From positions 8,184,001 through 8,248,000 of the forward strand of contig NC_043020.1 in the NCBI RefSeq assembly GCF_006345805.1: a DNA stretch of 64,000 nt, in the 5' to 3' direction. Below, one piece after another: positions 62,939-64,000 of this stretch (the first letter of the stretch is position 1; the number at the start of each line of letters is the position of its first letter). A model generated the notes under the pieces. The model was not told the origin of the DNA. It made no database searches and saw only the letters and a program-made list of their open reading frames with translations. Made by a program: the position numbers and the translations under genes. Origin of the DNA: Octopus sinensis (lineage: Eukaryota).

Positions 62939-63094
62939 GTTCAAATTCCGCCGAGGTTGACTTTGCCTTTCATCCTTTCGGGGTCGATAAATTAAGTACC
63001 AGTTACACACTGGGGTCGGTATAATCGACTTAATACCTATGTCTGTCCTTCTTTGTCCCCTCTGTGTTTAGCCCCTTGTGGGTAATAAAGAAAT
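62939..63094 (+). mobile_element. 5'-truncated SINE family C with 15-bp TSD
   Basis: TSD AGGTAAATATGTAGA at 62924-62938 / 63095-63109. Confidence 0.85.
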
Positions 63095-64000
63095 AGGTAA
63101 ATATGTAGAACATTTGCTGTGTAGTATTATGTAGTTTTGGAAAAAGATAATTTAACTTTGTACATTATTTTTTTGTATTTAAAAAAGTCGATGTGGGGGT
63201 CCCTCCTCCCCCCTTTCCATACTTTCACCAAAAATTTGATGCATGTATCGTCTTAAGGTACCTCATTTCCACTTGCATGGATCTTGAGAGATTGCTTGGT
63301 TGTTTCTCCTGAAATCTTGTGCATACAACACCGAGTTCATCTTGTTCTACTGCAGTGCATGGTTTGCATCAAGAATGCCCCTCAGCATGTGAGGTCGTTT
63401 ATTTTATTGCATGTGTGCAACATTGCTGTACTTACCTTGCATCAAAAGAAACACCTTTAATAAGTCTACTAACTTTCCGTAGCCATCCTAGCGAAATGTG
63501 GTATATTTTGTCGTAGCACCTCTTCTATACACACTGCTGCAATATCGTCACTAGACTGTGTATATAGAGAGCTGCGACTTCTAATGTATAATTTTTGTAT
63601 ATTATTTGTGTCATTTAACCTCATCAGCTTCTAAAACATTCTGCAACAGAACCAGACTTTGCAGGAGTGAAAACTATGGCCCTATATTTTCACAATTCTA
63701 ATGTTTTTTTTGTTTTTTTTTCTCTTTTTACTAATCCTCTGACGGTATCCTAGCATGGCCACACCCAACTAGTTGAATCCTGTATTTCAGTAGCTGAAAC
63801 TAGGGTAAAACATTGAACCAGTTTCTATTCTGTTGGGACAAAAACTTAAAATAGATTTATTTGAAGAAAACAAAACTATTATATTCTGGACTAATTAAAC
63901 TCGTCTCTTGTCTGAAAAATTATAATTGTATTTTTATTCATTTCATACAATTAGATATTGATTAAAAATGACAACACAGTAGCATCTTTGTTTGTGTGTG

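Overview
AT-rich, repeat-saturated eukaryotic nuclear DNA. The SINE families look like those of octopus (coleoid cephalopod); this is recognition from memory, not a database search. There is no intact long protein-coding ORF: nearly all of the ORF track comes from microsatellites or TE pieces. Content: five recurring SINE-type families (about 50 copies or fragments), a decayed mariner transposase with a nested hAT MITE, piggyBac/mariner/pogo MITEs, three Lep1/DINE-1-like non-autonomous Helitrons, CR1 and RTE LINE tails, and two decayed Penelope-like (PLE) reverse-transcriptase fragments. The best host-gene signal is a TATA box + Inr + 44-nt non-coding first exon + strong donor at 48.84-48.92 kb (+ strand). 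The most interesting unexplained layer is a set of small non-coding elements, most of them anchored on (TA)n tracts, that end in long near-perfect fold-back palindromes. One family carries a minimal type I hammerhead-ribozyme fold (mutated in these copies), and the window also holds PLE RT relics; together these suggest a Penelope-driven, retrozyme-like system. Other oddities: a SINE flanked by a 214-bp TSD-like duplication, the same Helitron at the identical site in two diverged hAT MITEs, head-to-tail SINE stacks, and a SINE-derived 46-bp satellite with a 92-bp higher-order repeat.
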